Source of the DNA: Eledone cirrhosa
Taxonomy: Eukaryota
NCBI GenBank assembly: GCA_964016885.1
Contig: OZ024741.1
Span: forward strand, 240,250,001-240,314,000
DNA: 64,000 nucleotides
Reading direction: 5' to 3'
Shown: positions 37,428 through 49,615 of the stretch, piece after piece
How positions within the stretch are numbered: position 1 is the first letter of the stretch
Layout: the number at the start of each line of letters is the position of its first letter
The notes under the pieces: model-generated
The model's database searches: none
Told to the model about the DNA's origin: nothing
Seen by the model: only the letters and a program-made list of their open reading frames with translations
Translations under genes and position numbers: made by a program

Positions 37428-37459
<32 letters not shown>

Positions 37460-37721
37460 ATATATATATTTACATACATACACACATGCAGCAGGTTTCA
37501 GCAATTTGCGTTTACTAAATTGCATTCACAAGGCACTGGTCAACCTGAAGCTATAGTGGAGGACCCTTGTTGAAGGTGCTGTGCAGCAGGACTGACCCCC
37601 AAACCATGAGTTGCAAAGCAAACTTCTTTACTATACAGCCATGGGTGATATAAGCTTCCATTTCTCTTTACCAACACTGCTCTATATTGATCATGTGTGT
37701 GTATGTATATATGTGTGTGTG

Positions 37722-37781
<60 letters not shown>

Positions 37782-38906
37782 CATGTATATGAGTATAAAA
37801 GTTGGAGGGGATGGCAACAGGACAAAGACACCAGAAAAAACAATGGAAAAATTAAGACCCTTCTCTTCAGTTAACCCCTGAAAATCACTATAGTTTCAAT
37901 CATTTAAGGTTGATGCTATTCAGACACATATATATAGACAAAGGGCTTGATTTGAGTTAAGACTCATTAAAAGAAATTGTGTGCGTCTCAAATACAAATG
38001 ACCATAAGTCAATCACTATAAATAATTGAGAAAATCTGGTAAAGGACCCTTGGGGGAAAAAAGGAAGACTGAAGTGCCTCTGTCCACAATTTCTGTGCCC
38101 AGGGATATTTTATCCAATTTTCCCAAGTATGTATAGTGTCTATTATTATGGTTATTTTCATTGGGACGGGCACATTTCAAATTTCACACAACACACACAC
38201 ACACACCTGGTATAGAGTCACAATGGCAGAGAGAATGGAAGCTTATATTAGAGGATAGTAGCGTGTGCGTGTTTATGTTTTGTAAATTTTCATGATTAAA
38301 AAGCCAAAGCTATATATGACACAAGCTGCTTGACAAAGAATTGCAAATATCTCTGTTTATTGTTAGTTATGTTTACTACAGATTAGTATTGAATTTTCAA
38401 GGCAGTACACTAATTTAACCTTGCTCTGTAATCACTGCTGTATTCAATGTTTGGTGCTGTCCATTGAATAATATATAAACTTATAATCTACTTTCATTGA
38501 AAATCTTTGGAAAAATCTATGCTTTTCACAATATTAGTCACAAATGAAAACATTGAAGATTGGTGAGCAGAAGAAAATATAACAACAGAAAATCTATTTT
38601 AATTTATCATATTTCATTTCAAGAGATAAAAGATAATACATGTTTTTATCCTTGCAGTAACTATTGATTTGTGTGTTTTCAGCCAATCAGTGGCCATCTT
38701 TATTGAATACACCCCTTTGGGCCTGAATAAAGGCTGTACGCCAATGTGAAACTGTACTGCCTAAAGGCACAATAAGAATCTCTCTTTCTCTCTCTCTCTC
38801 TGTCCAAACATTCTGTGCTATAATTATGTTTAAAATCAGATTTTACAAATCAGGACCTATTCATCGCTTCATTTCTTCTATGTTGTCAGAAAATTTTGTC
38901 TCTCTC

Positions 38907-38954
<48 letters not shown>

Positions 38955-39999
38955 GAAAGGCTAAAATGAAATGCACATAGTGAATTAGCAATCTATAAAG
39001 ATTTCCAGACTTCCATCACAACTGATCAATAAACATCCCATGGAGACAATTAAAGGAGAAATCTCTTTAAGTCCTTTAATAATAGCTATTTTACTTGTAG
39101 TCTCTAATACTGTCAATATATTGCAGAGATGAATATACATCAATAGAAATCATATTCAAACATTGAACACCCCAAATCTACCTGTTTATATAGTAAAAGC
39201 TTTTCGTCTCTCTCTCCAATTATTATCGAAAATCTAAGAAATTGCGAAATATTATGGCCATTATCGAGGGACTAATGAAGAAGAAGAAGAAGAAGAAGAA
39301 GAAAATTTAAATCTTTACTTACGAAATTAAATCTTTTTAATGTTAGTTGAGAGAGGTGAGTTGAATATCCTGGTGCAATGTTTCTGTGTGACTACTGCTG
39401 CAGTCATGTGACAATAGCTGGAGTCATGAACCAGTCAAAGAGAATTAGTCAAATTAATAGTGTGATACTGTTTGGCCATAAAAATCAGTAATTTAATTTG
39501 GCAGGTAAAAATTTAAGAAAGCTTTACTTGAATATTTTATCATAAATTCCTCTTGCTGTTGACCATAGCTGATGTCACTGACTTCGGCTGGTCGTGTATC
39601 CAGATAGAACTACTGATTTGTCAAAGACTGACAATAGTTTTATGTAGATTGGTTTACGTGTTGAGCACCAACTTTACTGTTCAGTAAAATACATGTGTAT
39701 GTGTGTGTGTGTGTGTGTGTGTGATATAAGGAAAAGATCTAGGAGGAATAGGATGAGGAGGAAAAGAATAAGCCGTAATGTTACTTCATGATTACACTAT
39801 CTCTTATGGCAATTATCTTTTGATCAACTGAAGGCCAATAGAAATTGCTCTCCTAACTACCTCTAGCCAACCAATGCAGGCCATAGAAAACTGTTCACAA
39901 TCATCTTTTTTATTCCTGTAAACATTATCTTATTTAAATATTTTCTGGAAATGGTATTATCATTCTGATATCTCTGTTGAATGTATTGATCATAGTGGT

Positions 40000-40600
40000 A
40001 GTGTTGATTTGTTAGTGGAGTTAATGATGATAATAATGCTGGAGGTGATGGTGTTGATGATAATGGAGATGGTGGTGATGATGGTGATAGTGTTTTAGTT
40101 AGTGGTGCTAATGGTGATAATGGTGATGGTAGTAGTGGTTGTATGGATGATGATAGTGGTGGTGGTGGTGGTTTTGTTGTTGGTAAGGATGATGAGATAG
40201 TGGTAGTGATGGAAGTGATGGTGATAATGTTGGCAATAGTTGTAATGGTGGTGGTGATGGTTGATAATGATAATGATGATGGTGGTAGTGATAGTGGTTA
40301 CAGTGTTGGTAGAGATGGTGATGGTGATAGCAACAGTGATTCTGATAACATGGATGGACATAATGATAGCAGCGATGGTAGAGATAAAAATATTACTGTA
40401 ACTTGAAATACTAGTATGAAATAGTAAACATCTGAAATAGTAGTAGTATCAACATTATTAGTTGTAGGGAGGATGGTGGTTGTAACATATACAATTGTGT
40501 TTATGATAGTCCTTATGATTCTTGTCATTGGTCACTATGTTGTGATTGCTGTAGTTACTACTGCTACTACTGACAATAATAACAACATACAGCAATAATA
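40000..40600. repeat. Degenerate (GAT/GGT)n trinucleotide tract
   Basis: Low-complexity composition. Confidence 0.9.
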
Positions 40601-41769
40601 ATGGCAACTTCTACTTTTGTAGGGACCTCATATAGGCTACCTTTGCATCAAACAGCTATGTTTCTAATTATTCTACCTTGCTTTGGACTCTCAACTTCTA
40701 ATGGAGTTGCAGGGACACTGACATTACATACAATGTGTCTTGGGTATCTAAACCTGACAGAGTCTATCCTGTTTCAGGTTCGATTAAAATCAATTCCATC
40801 TGGAGAGAGAGAGAGAGTGAGAGAGGAGTGGGGTGGGGGAATCAACCTCAGCTCTGAACTGACATTTATTTATCAACCTCAAAAGAATGAAAAGTAGAAT
40901 TGACTTTGGCAGCATTTGAACATAGAACAGAAAGATACATTTAAACTGAATTATCAATCTATTCATCAAATCCATTTTCTGCCAGTTTCCTGTCCCAAGA
41001 AGATTTATTTTCTCACCTTGTTAATTTTTTTTCTTCTTCAGTGATATTAACTACTTGCACCACAGATGGCATGTATAATGTTTTCCTTACAATACAGGAA
41101 TTATTCAGTTGACTTTATAAACATGGACATATACACAGCACATTTCCAACAACATGCTTTATAAAAACCTTGCTTTTATTAATGTTGTAATTTAAAGCCT
41201 CTTGTTTTGCTATGTACAAATTACTAGCCATTTTCAAAGTGGTGCTTCACAAACCTTTGTTTTATTACTTTGAATTATAGTGCTACTTAAATTGGAAAAG
41301 GCCTACCCTCTGATGGTATATGGAAGATAAGAGAACTATTATAATTTTATTGTTATCTTAGCACATAGTTATTTTCTACATTCTGTAAGGTGGTTGGTAA
41401 ATAGGAAAGGCATCCAGCAACAGAAACCATGCCGAAAAGTGGGTGGAGCGGACTCTTCAGTTGTGCCATCATCATCATTTAATGTCTATTCTTCCATGTT
41501 AGCATGGGTTAGTCAAACTGCCCTGTTGTGAGCAATGTCTTGCTCATATAGGACATGACAATCTCTCAAGTGTTAGTGACATGATAAAATGTATGCTGCA
41601 GCCTGTAAGAGTGTGAGACTAGTGGTTCTGATTAAGTTCTGATTTGGTCAGTACACCCCATCCAAACTTTGCTAGCAAGAAAAATGGACATTAAATAATG
41701 ATGATAACAGCTGAGTCTTTGTTAGGAAGAAGCAACTTAAGTACAATGATAGGCAAAATATGTCTTGGT

Positions 41770-41968
41770 CAGTTGTGTTGCTGCAGTCATTGTTGTTGTT
41801 ACAACCATTGTTGTTGTTGCTGCTGTTATAGCAGTTGTTGCTGTTATAGCTGCTGTTGTTGTTGTAGTAGTTGTTTCTGTTGTAGTCAGCGTTGTTGTTG
41901 TAGTTGTTGCTGTTGTAGTCATTGTCATTGCTGTTGTAGTTGTCATTGTTGTTGCTGCTGTTGCTGTA
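41770..41968. repeat. Degenerate (GTT/GCT)n tract
   Basis: Low-complexity composition. Confidence 0.9.
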
Positions 41969-43266
41969 CCAATCAGTTGGCACATGTCATATTACAGGCT
42001 CCTACATTTGCTGGTTGGCTAAATCTCCTAATGAATACAATGCTACTAGCTGCTCATTTAGCATCACTGAATGTTCTATTGAAACAGATTGGAGTCAATA
42101 TAATCGACTTTATCCTCCCCTCAAATTGTAGGCCTTGTGCCTAAATTAGAAACTATTATGACACTATGGTTTTTTATGTGTTTTTAATGAATCTAACCAT
42201 CACAACCTTTGGAAATTATTACTTTTTAGCACCCCCTTTCAGTTATCAGTTAGGGATTACTTGGTGGGAATCTGGTGTTTTCAGGTTGGGGAATTACAGA
42301 AAATGAATAATTTCTGACAGTTTTGGCAGTCAGATTCATTCAAAAATCATAACAAAAACATAAATTTCACCCCCAAGGTGAGACCATTGTAATGATAAAA
42401 AATTATCAACAGATCTACTACAAACATATCTAATGAAATATTTGTCAGTGTCTTATGAATCCAGTCTGCTAGATATATCACTTGCTAGATAGTCTTGTCT
42501 GGAACTATGTTGTAGATATATCTCACAAGCTATGGCTACATGTGTGCAGAGTCGTCAGGCAGTCAGAGCATCATTTTAGCATGCTGTTACTGTGCCAGTT
42601 GCCCCTTACACCATGCTGCTTTCAATGAGATCACAAAGCATAGCTTAAATGCCACAGGTTTTCCTTCTGAACTCAAACCAGCAGGGTTGGACCAAGGGAG
42701 TCGCAAAAGGCCAGGCAGCATAACAATTTTACCGTTCTCTGGTGGTAAGCCCCTCATCTGGAATGCTACATGTTGTGACTCCTCCAGTGGCAATCTGGTG
42801 TATTTGGTGACTAACCCTGGCAATGCTGCTCTTCAGGCTGAAGTGGGCAAACTGTTGAAATATCGGTCACTCTTCTATAGTTTTGTGGTCAAACCTGCAG
42901 TGGAAATTTCCAGTGTTCTTGGTACCCCAAATCACATTTCTACTGACACCTATCAGGGCAGAGATGGTTAACCATAGAAGCAAGCTCTCTAAGTTGTGTG
43001 GGTATGGTGTGGTGTGCGGTGGTCGGAAGCTGGGGAGTGCTCGACCGGAAGAGTGCTTGACCGGAAAGGTGCTTGGCTGGAAGGGTGCTCGACCGGAAGG
43101 GCCAGCAGATCGTTCTCTTTCTAGTGGTGACCAGGAACGGTGTGGTCGAGAGTTTGGCAGCTCCCGGGTGTTAATGAGTTGGACGCACATGGAAGAGGAG
43201 AAACCAGCCTTGGGATTTAGCGGCACCTCTGAAAAGTGGTAAGTGAGATAGCTTTTTCTAACCACA

Positions 43267-43278
43267 AGCTATTTCGGC
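43267..43278 (+). promoter_or_regulatory. Putative non-canonical PBS complementary to the 5' end of tRNA-Phe
   Basis: AGCTATTTCGGC directly abuts the LTR; its reverse complement GCCGAAATAGCT equals nt 1-12 of metazoan tRNA-Phe(GAA) as recalled from human and Drosophila. Confidence 0.6.
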
Positions 43279-43399
43279 ACTGGAAACTCAGATTTGATTG
43301 AAAAAAAAAAAAAAAAAAAAACTTTCTCGAAAACAAAGCTACTGGAAAAATAGAGAGGAGTCTGTTGTTTTTTTTTTATTACGTACCGCAAGACAAAAA

Positions 43400-44150
43400 A
43401 TGGATATGGCGACGAGACTACGAATGAGCGAAGTGATTAGGGCATTTACCGGTGAAGGCGATGTTGTCGCTTGGCTGCGAAAAGTCCGGCTGGTCGCAAG
43501 CTTACAGAAGATAGAAGATGTGGCTGGCCTCATGGCACTGTACCTCGAGGGGGAGACGTTGGTACTCTTCCTTGAGTTAGATGAACACAGCCAAAGGGAT
43601 GCGCAAAAGATTGAGAAGTGCATGATGGAAGCGTTCGCAGAGGGACCATTAGCCGCTTTTGCTAAGCTGGCAAGAATTAGATGGAACGGCGAACGCGTTG
43701 ACATTTTTGCAGCGGAAATACGGCGATTGGCCATGTTGGCTGGATATCAGGTGGAATGCGAATGCACGGTGCAGTTGGCGTTCATAAATGGATTTCCAGA
43801 CGACATAGCGGTGAAACTGCAGCAAGTTCCAGGTTACAAAGATATGGAGATGTGTTCACTGGTGGAACAAGCCCGTATCATAGCAGAAGATGCCAAGAAG
43901 AGTGTCGCGGCGATAGCAACTACAGAGGCTCAAGACAGCTGGCAGCGAAATGGTGAAAGGGAGGCAACCGCGGCACGTAGTCGCCCGCAAACGTTTAGAG
44001 GTCGCTGTTTTAGGTGACAGGACCCGCACATGGCGAGAGACTGTAGAGAGTCAAGGCCGGAAATAATATGCTACCCGTGTAAGCGACCAGCCCACATCGC
44101 TACTAGCTGCGACCAGGGAAACGATCCAAGGGGAACTACTGCGCCGGTAG
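43400..44150 (+). pseudogene. gag: gag with two CCHC-type knuckles (one interrupted by a stop)
   Basis: FTGEGDVVAWL..LYLEGE..AFINGFP; CFR*QDPHMARDC and CYPCKRPAHIATSC. Confidence 0.88.
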
Positions 44151-46963
44151 TTGCCCCCTTACGAGTAGAGGCGCTGCCCGTGGTGGAAGTCTTCGTGAGG
44201 GGAAAGCCACAGCGATCCCTCGTGGTAACGGGCTGTATGACGACACTGGTGACCGCGGGGGTGGCGCAGAGGTCGAGAGGGAAGAGCAGTCGACGGCAGG
44301 AAAATTGAATGCCGAGGTCGCAGACAGGTGGAGATGGCGGTACGGGGAAGGAAAATAAGGCTTTCTGCCATCGTAGTTGACAACGTGGTGGATGGGATTG
44401 GCATGGTTATGGGCATGGACGCAATTGGCCGTCTAGGAGGCGTCACAGTGAACAACGTCGGTGTGTCGTTTGGCGGCACTGCATCGGTATGCGTTGTGAG
44501 TATGTGACAGGAGAACCAGAAGTCCCACGAGGAGAAATACCCCGCTTACACTGTGCAGGACAAAGACTTCAAGGCCATGTTCGATGGGCAGCGATGGGTT
44601 GTTGAGTGGTACTGGAAGGGAGAACCACCAACACTGAAGACCAAAGTGGGCTGCTATCAACACACATTGAAGGGAGATATTAGGAGCGAGTTCGAGCGAG
44701 AGGTAGAAAGATAGATTGAGGAGGGCATACTGCATTCCTGGAAAGAGGAGGTGAAGTGCGGAGTATTGCCGTTAATGGCGGTGGCGCAACCCACAAAGAA
44801 CAAGGTGAGGCCAGTGCTGGACTTTCGGGAGGTGAACGAGCACGTGTCATGCCACATGGGTTGCGAGGTCACGGATGTCTGTGGGGAAACTCTAAGTGAG
44901 TGGAGAAGCATGGCGGGGGGGTTCAGCAATCGTAGATCTAAAGTCGGCATTACTTGCAATTGCATATAGATGATAAGCTCTGGTAGTATCAGCTGGTCAG
45001 GTATAAGGGCCGGACATATTGCCTGACCAGGCTCGGTTTCGGGCTGAGCTCCGCACCGAAGATCATGACGGCGCTCTCAAGACCATTCTGGGAAAGGCCG
45101 ACAAGATGAATAGGGCCACTAACTCCTACATTGACGACATCCTGGTGGATGAGTCTGTAGTGTCGGCGGCGGGGTCACGAGCAATTTACAGGGGTATGGA
45201 CTGGCTGCGAAGCCGTCAGAAGCGTTGGAGGGAGGAGCCGCGTTGGGACTTAGGCTATGGTGAGACAGGACGGGCATCTTGGTATTCCAGAGGGGAAATG
45301 AAGTTCCAGAACTGGGCTCAAGTATGAATAGGCAGGAGCTTTTCTCGGTGTGTGGAAAGTTGGTGGGTCACTACCCGATCGCTGGGTGGCTCCGGATGGC
45401 ATGCAGCTATGTCAAGAGATGAGCGGGTGGGGTGACTTGGAGTGACAGAGTGGGAGAGAGGATGGTGGCCATGATGCAGGAGATTGTGGAGAGGGTGAAA
45501 GCTGACGACCCAGTGCGGGGACGCTGGTATGTTCCCAAAGTGCAGAGCGGGACCGTATGGTGCGATGCCAGCAGCATAGCGCTGGGTGTCACGTTGGAGA
45601 TAGAAGGTGTTGAGGTCGAGGATGCAGCCTGGCTTAGGAAGAAGGACGACTGCAACCACATCGATGTGGCCGAACTGGACGCAGTGTTGAGAGGGGTGAA
45701 CCTCACCCTGATGTGGGGACTGCGCACCATCGATATACGCACCGACTCGGCTACTGTACTCGGATGGGTGAGATTAGTGCTCACCAGTGAGAAGAGAGTG
45801 CAAATGAGAGGGGCGGCGGAGATGCTGATAAAGCGCTACCTGGGAACTTTAGGAGAGCTGGCCACCGAGTTCGACCTGAGGCTGAGCGTAGTTTTCGTGC
45901 CCTCAGAGAAAAATAGGGCGGACATCTTAACCAGGGTGAAGAAATCCTGTATGGAAGCGCCGGAGGGACTAGAAGATGAGATAGCTGCCGTGTGTCGGCT
46001 GACTGAGTTGGATCTGAAAGGGTTGCATGATATGCACCACATGGGAGTGGATAGGACCCTGTTCCTAGCCAGGAGAATCGACTCGGATGTTAACAGACAC
46101 AGTGTTCAAAGGGTGGTTAGAGGCTGCGTCCAATGTCAGTCCATTGATACCGCCCCGCATGTGCACGAAACGGGAGGCCTCCCGGTGGATCGCGACTGGA
46201 AGCGATTGGCGGTGGATGTAACGCACTACCAACAGGGAACGTACCTCTCGATGGTCAACTGTGGACCAGGACGGATGGCGATATGGAGGGAGATGAAGAC
46301 TGGAACGGCCGAGGAAATCATGCGGACGTTGAGAGAGGTGTTCTTGGAGCGGGGCCCTGTGGACGACTGCTGATGGACAACAGCGCAATGTTCTGCTCGG
46401 AGGCATTGAGGGAGATGCTCGATGGATGGAAGGTGGACTGTTTCTCCAGAGCAGTGCACAGGCTTAGCGGGAATGGAATTGTTGAGCAACACCACCGGAC
46501 GATCAAAGCAATGGCAGAGCGGGGCCATATCTCACCAATGGAGGCAGTGTTCTGGTACAACATGTCCCCTCGGGTGGGACAGGTTGAGGAATCGGTGCCA
46601 CACAGAGCAGTATTCAGATACGAGTGGTGGCACCCATGCACGCCACCACAACGGCCAGTGGGGAGAGAGAATGCATTCGTGCAGGTGGGTGAAGAAGTCT
46701 GGGTTAAGCCCCCAGATGCACGTTGCACATCTCAATGGGGAAGGGGAACGGTGACGGCCGTAAATTCCCAGAACAATGTGTCCGTGGACGGAGTACCGCG
46801 TCATGTCCTGGATGACCGTAGAATCACTGTGTCAACGGACTCCGAGGAAGAGGAAACTCAAAGTGCCGCCCCAACACTGCGGAGATCGCAAAGATGTCGC
46901 AAACCACCAACCTGGACAGCAGACTTTCATATGCAGAAGGAGGAGGAGGAAATTGATCCTTGA
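44150..46963 (+). pseudogene. pol: pol (PR-RT-RH-IN), disrupted
   Basis: LVVTG (decayed DTG), VRPVLDFREVN, YIDD, CDASS, TDS, HH..CC, DVTHY, MDNS, NGIVE. Confidence 0.93.
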
Positions 46964-49439
46964 GATCAGGGGGGGGGCATGTGGGTATGGTGTGGTGTGC
47001 GGTGGCCGGAAGCTGGGGAGTGCTCGACCGGAAGAGTGCTTGGCCGGAAGGGTGCTTGGCAGGAAGGGTGCTCGACCGGAAGGGCCAGCAGGTCGCTCTC
47101 TTTCTAGTGGTGACCAGGAACGGTGTGGACGCGGGTTTGGCAGCTCCTGGGTGTTAATGAGTTGGACGCACGTGGAAGAGGAGAAACCAGCCTTGGGATT
47201 TAGCGGCACCTGTAAAAAGCGGTAAGTGAGATAGCTTTTTCTAACCACAAGTTGGATTGGCTATTTCAACGTATCTCCCTTGCTATGCTCTGGGGCAATA
47301 TTTCCTCCAATTTGTCTGCTGGGACCACAAGGCAGGCTAAACAGGGGCTCCCCCACACTAAAGAATGCTCCTCGACTCTGGTCTGGGCCCACATCTCTAG
47401 AATAGCAATGCTTAATTGTACTGTCACCTAATGTTTCCTCTTCATACTTAGCTGTGAAGTGGTTTTATGCATAACCTTTTTAAGATTAGAGGGGATAAAA
47501 TGGTACTTGATGTCTGAAGAGATAGTGTTTATCTAGGACAGAACACATCATAATGTTCTTCATCATTGGTTTTACATTTGGTTCTCCATGCTGGCACACT
47601 TTTTGAAATAAATTTAGATAAGTTTTGTTCACAATATGAATGAAATTAAAAAATAGCAATTTAAATATCAGGCTACTTGTTATCTAGCACATGTTTTATT
47701 GTAAGCAGATTTCTCAGATCTCAATTATATTTCACAACCAAAGTTTCATAGAAAAAGGGTCAGGTTTAACTTAATTTTACGATCTCACAACACAAAGTTT
47801 GGAAACTTCTGTTCTAGGACCAGAGTGATAAAGGATGAATAAGAACATTTATGTAATACATTTAGTATTTTAAAGGTATATATGAACATATGAGAGACGT
47901 TCTCTAAGTCTGATACATGTAACTTATATATTTGAAGAGGGTTGTGAGTAGCACATTAGGTAAAGTAACACATTTCCAAGGTGGATTTTGGTTATCTTTC
48001 TGGCATTGATATAATTTGCTATGCCTCTGTAGTGGAACTATGTCACACCTCTCAATAGCAACATTTTCATATGCAATAAGATCAAACTGACCAATGGGAA
48101 GTTGCGTATGAATACATGGTCAATCTCACTCTCGCTCTCTGGTAAAAAACCTCAGACAACACTCGAGACACTAGACAGACGAACAGACAGAGCTGACCAA
48201 TAGATGATACGGATGCATGAAGAATTATTATAAAATGACTCCTACATTCCTTTCGACAAATAAAATTATATTTATAGAGGATTGTGCGTTAAAGAGATAT
48301 TTATTTATATCCTGGAAGTCAGAAGCATTTACTACCAATGAGAAGCTACCAACTCTTCGATTAAGGTATTTCACTTATATCGCTTATAAACAACAAGATC
48401 CTTCGAAGACTGATAATATGCAATTATAAAAAGATATAGATAAAATTTAACTCCTCATCCTATCTATACCTCCTATGTATATATATCACTATTTTATATC
48501 TATTTTTCATGAGTGCCTGGTTTAAATGGGATGTCATGTTCTGAGGCCAGACATGTCAGAAGATTGTCTTGCTCAAATGTTTCATTTTGGCATGATTTCT
48601 ATGATGATTGGATGCCTTTCCTAATGCCAACCATTTCATAGCATGTACTCAATGTGTCTTATCATGGTACTACCACCTGTCAGGGTGGACTGGGTGCTTC
48701 TTTTGATGGTACAACCTACCATTGCACATTGTTGGCTGAGTTCATTTTATTGTGGTACCAGCATTATCATTTTTTACATAACGGTACTTGTGTCCTGAGC
48801 CAGGCTGGAGAAGGAGGGATAGGTTCAGGCATGAGTGAGGGCCTCCATGTTACTTTCCAAGGGAGCAGGTGAGAGGGAAAGGTGGCCTTAAAAGTGATAT
48901 CTGGTTGTGTATTGTGTGGATGACTATATATATAATGTATATACATGTTTTTGGTTTATCACTGTCACTCAGTGGCAGAACAACAGCAGGCAGGAAAGAG
49001 AGAGAGAAAGTGCAGAAAAATCTCCAGAGTAAACCAGCACAATACATCAATTTCGGATTCTAATTTCCATTGGTCATCAGAAATTGCTTTAATTTTCTAT
49101 TGTTTCTGAAATGTAAAGCCCAAGAAAATATCAATAGCTATGAAATATGTTCAAATTTTGTGAAACCAATATTTATAAAAATGATATATATTATATGATA
49201 AAGCAATCAAATAAAACAATAATTTGGTATCACTGTCAAAGGGAGAGGAATGAATGAATGACATGTGAGATTGCTTGAGTGTTACTGGTAATATGGATGG
49301 ATGGTCCCGTAACTCCAGGGGGAGTTATTAGGGTGCTATATTGACATACAGGGTTTCTAGGGCATTTTTAAAACCTGGTGGAGTCCATCCCTCTCCAGGT
49401 CTGAATATAGCAGATTTCTTCCAGAGAAGGATAAAGAGG

Positions 49440-49615
49440 GAGAGAATGGAACTGAAGGAGAGAGACAGAGGAAACAGTCCCAGTACTAGACTGGTACTTT
49501 TTTTATCGCCATAGAATGGATAAAAGACAGATGAACTCAGAGAGCAGAGAACCGAAATGAATACCACAAAGCATTCTGACATTCTGACGACTCTGTCAAT
49601 TTGCCGACTTGCTGG
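49440..49615 (-). mobile_element. Degenerate Nin-domain SINE
   Basis: CCCAGTACTAGACTGGTACTTTTTTTATCG..GAACTCAGAG..GAATACCACAAAGCATT; further copies at 50030-50235 (+), 52000-52115 (-), 60770-60870 (-). Confidence 0.65.

Larger units (their letters stand above)
37021..37432 (+). mobile_element. PLE-like unit with inverted hammerhead pair
   Basis: Inverted repeat 37071-37315; ATTGAGTATATA at both ends; (TA)n context. Confidence 0.75.
42997..47249 (+). mobile_element. Full-length compact (4.25 kb) Ty3/Gypsy LTR retrotransposon, decayed
   Basis: 270-bp LTRs TGTGG...CCACA at 42997-43266 and 46980-47249; 5-bp TSD AGTTG (42992-42996 / 47250-47254); PPT AGGGGGGGGG at about 46968-46977. Confidence 0.96.
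42560..47325 (+). mobile_element. CRE-type retrotransposon endonuclease fragment, split by the Gypsy insertion
   Basis: HHAAFNEI..KPAGLDQGSRKRPGSITILPFSGGKPLIWNATCCD..AEVGKLLKY (42600-42870); resumes after the LTR as LDWLFQRISLAMLWGN (47250-47320). Confidence 0.82.

Noticed and set aside
41672-42144. Cys-rich metallothionein/keratin-like ORF
   Set aside because: Translation of a (GTT/GCT)n microsatellite
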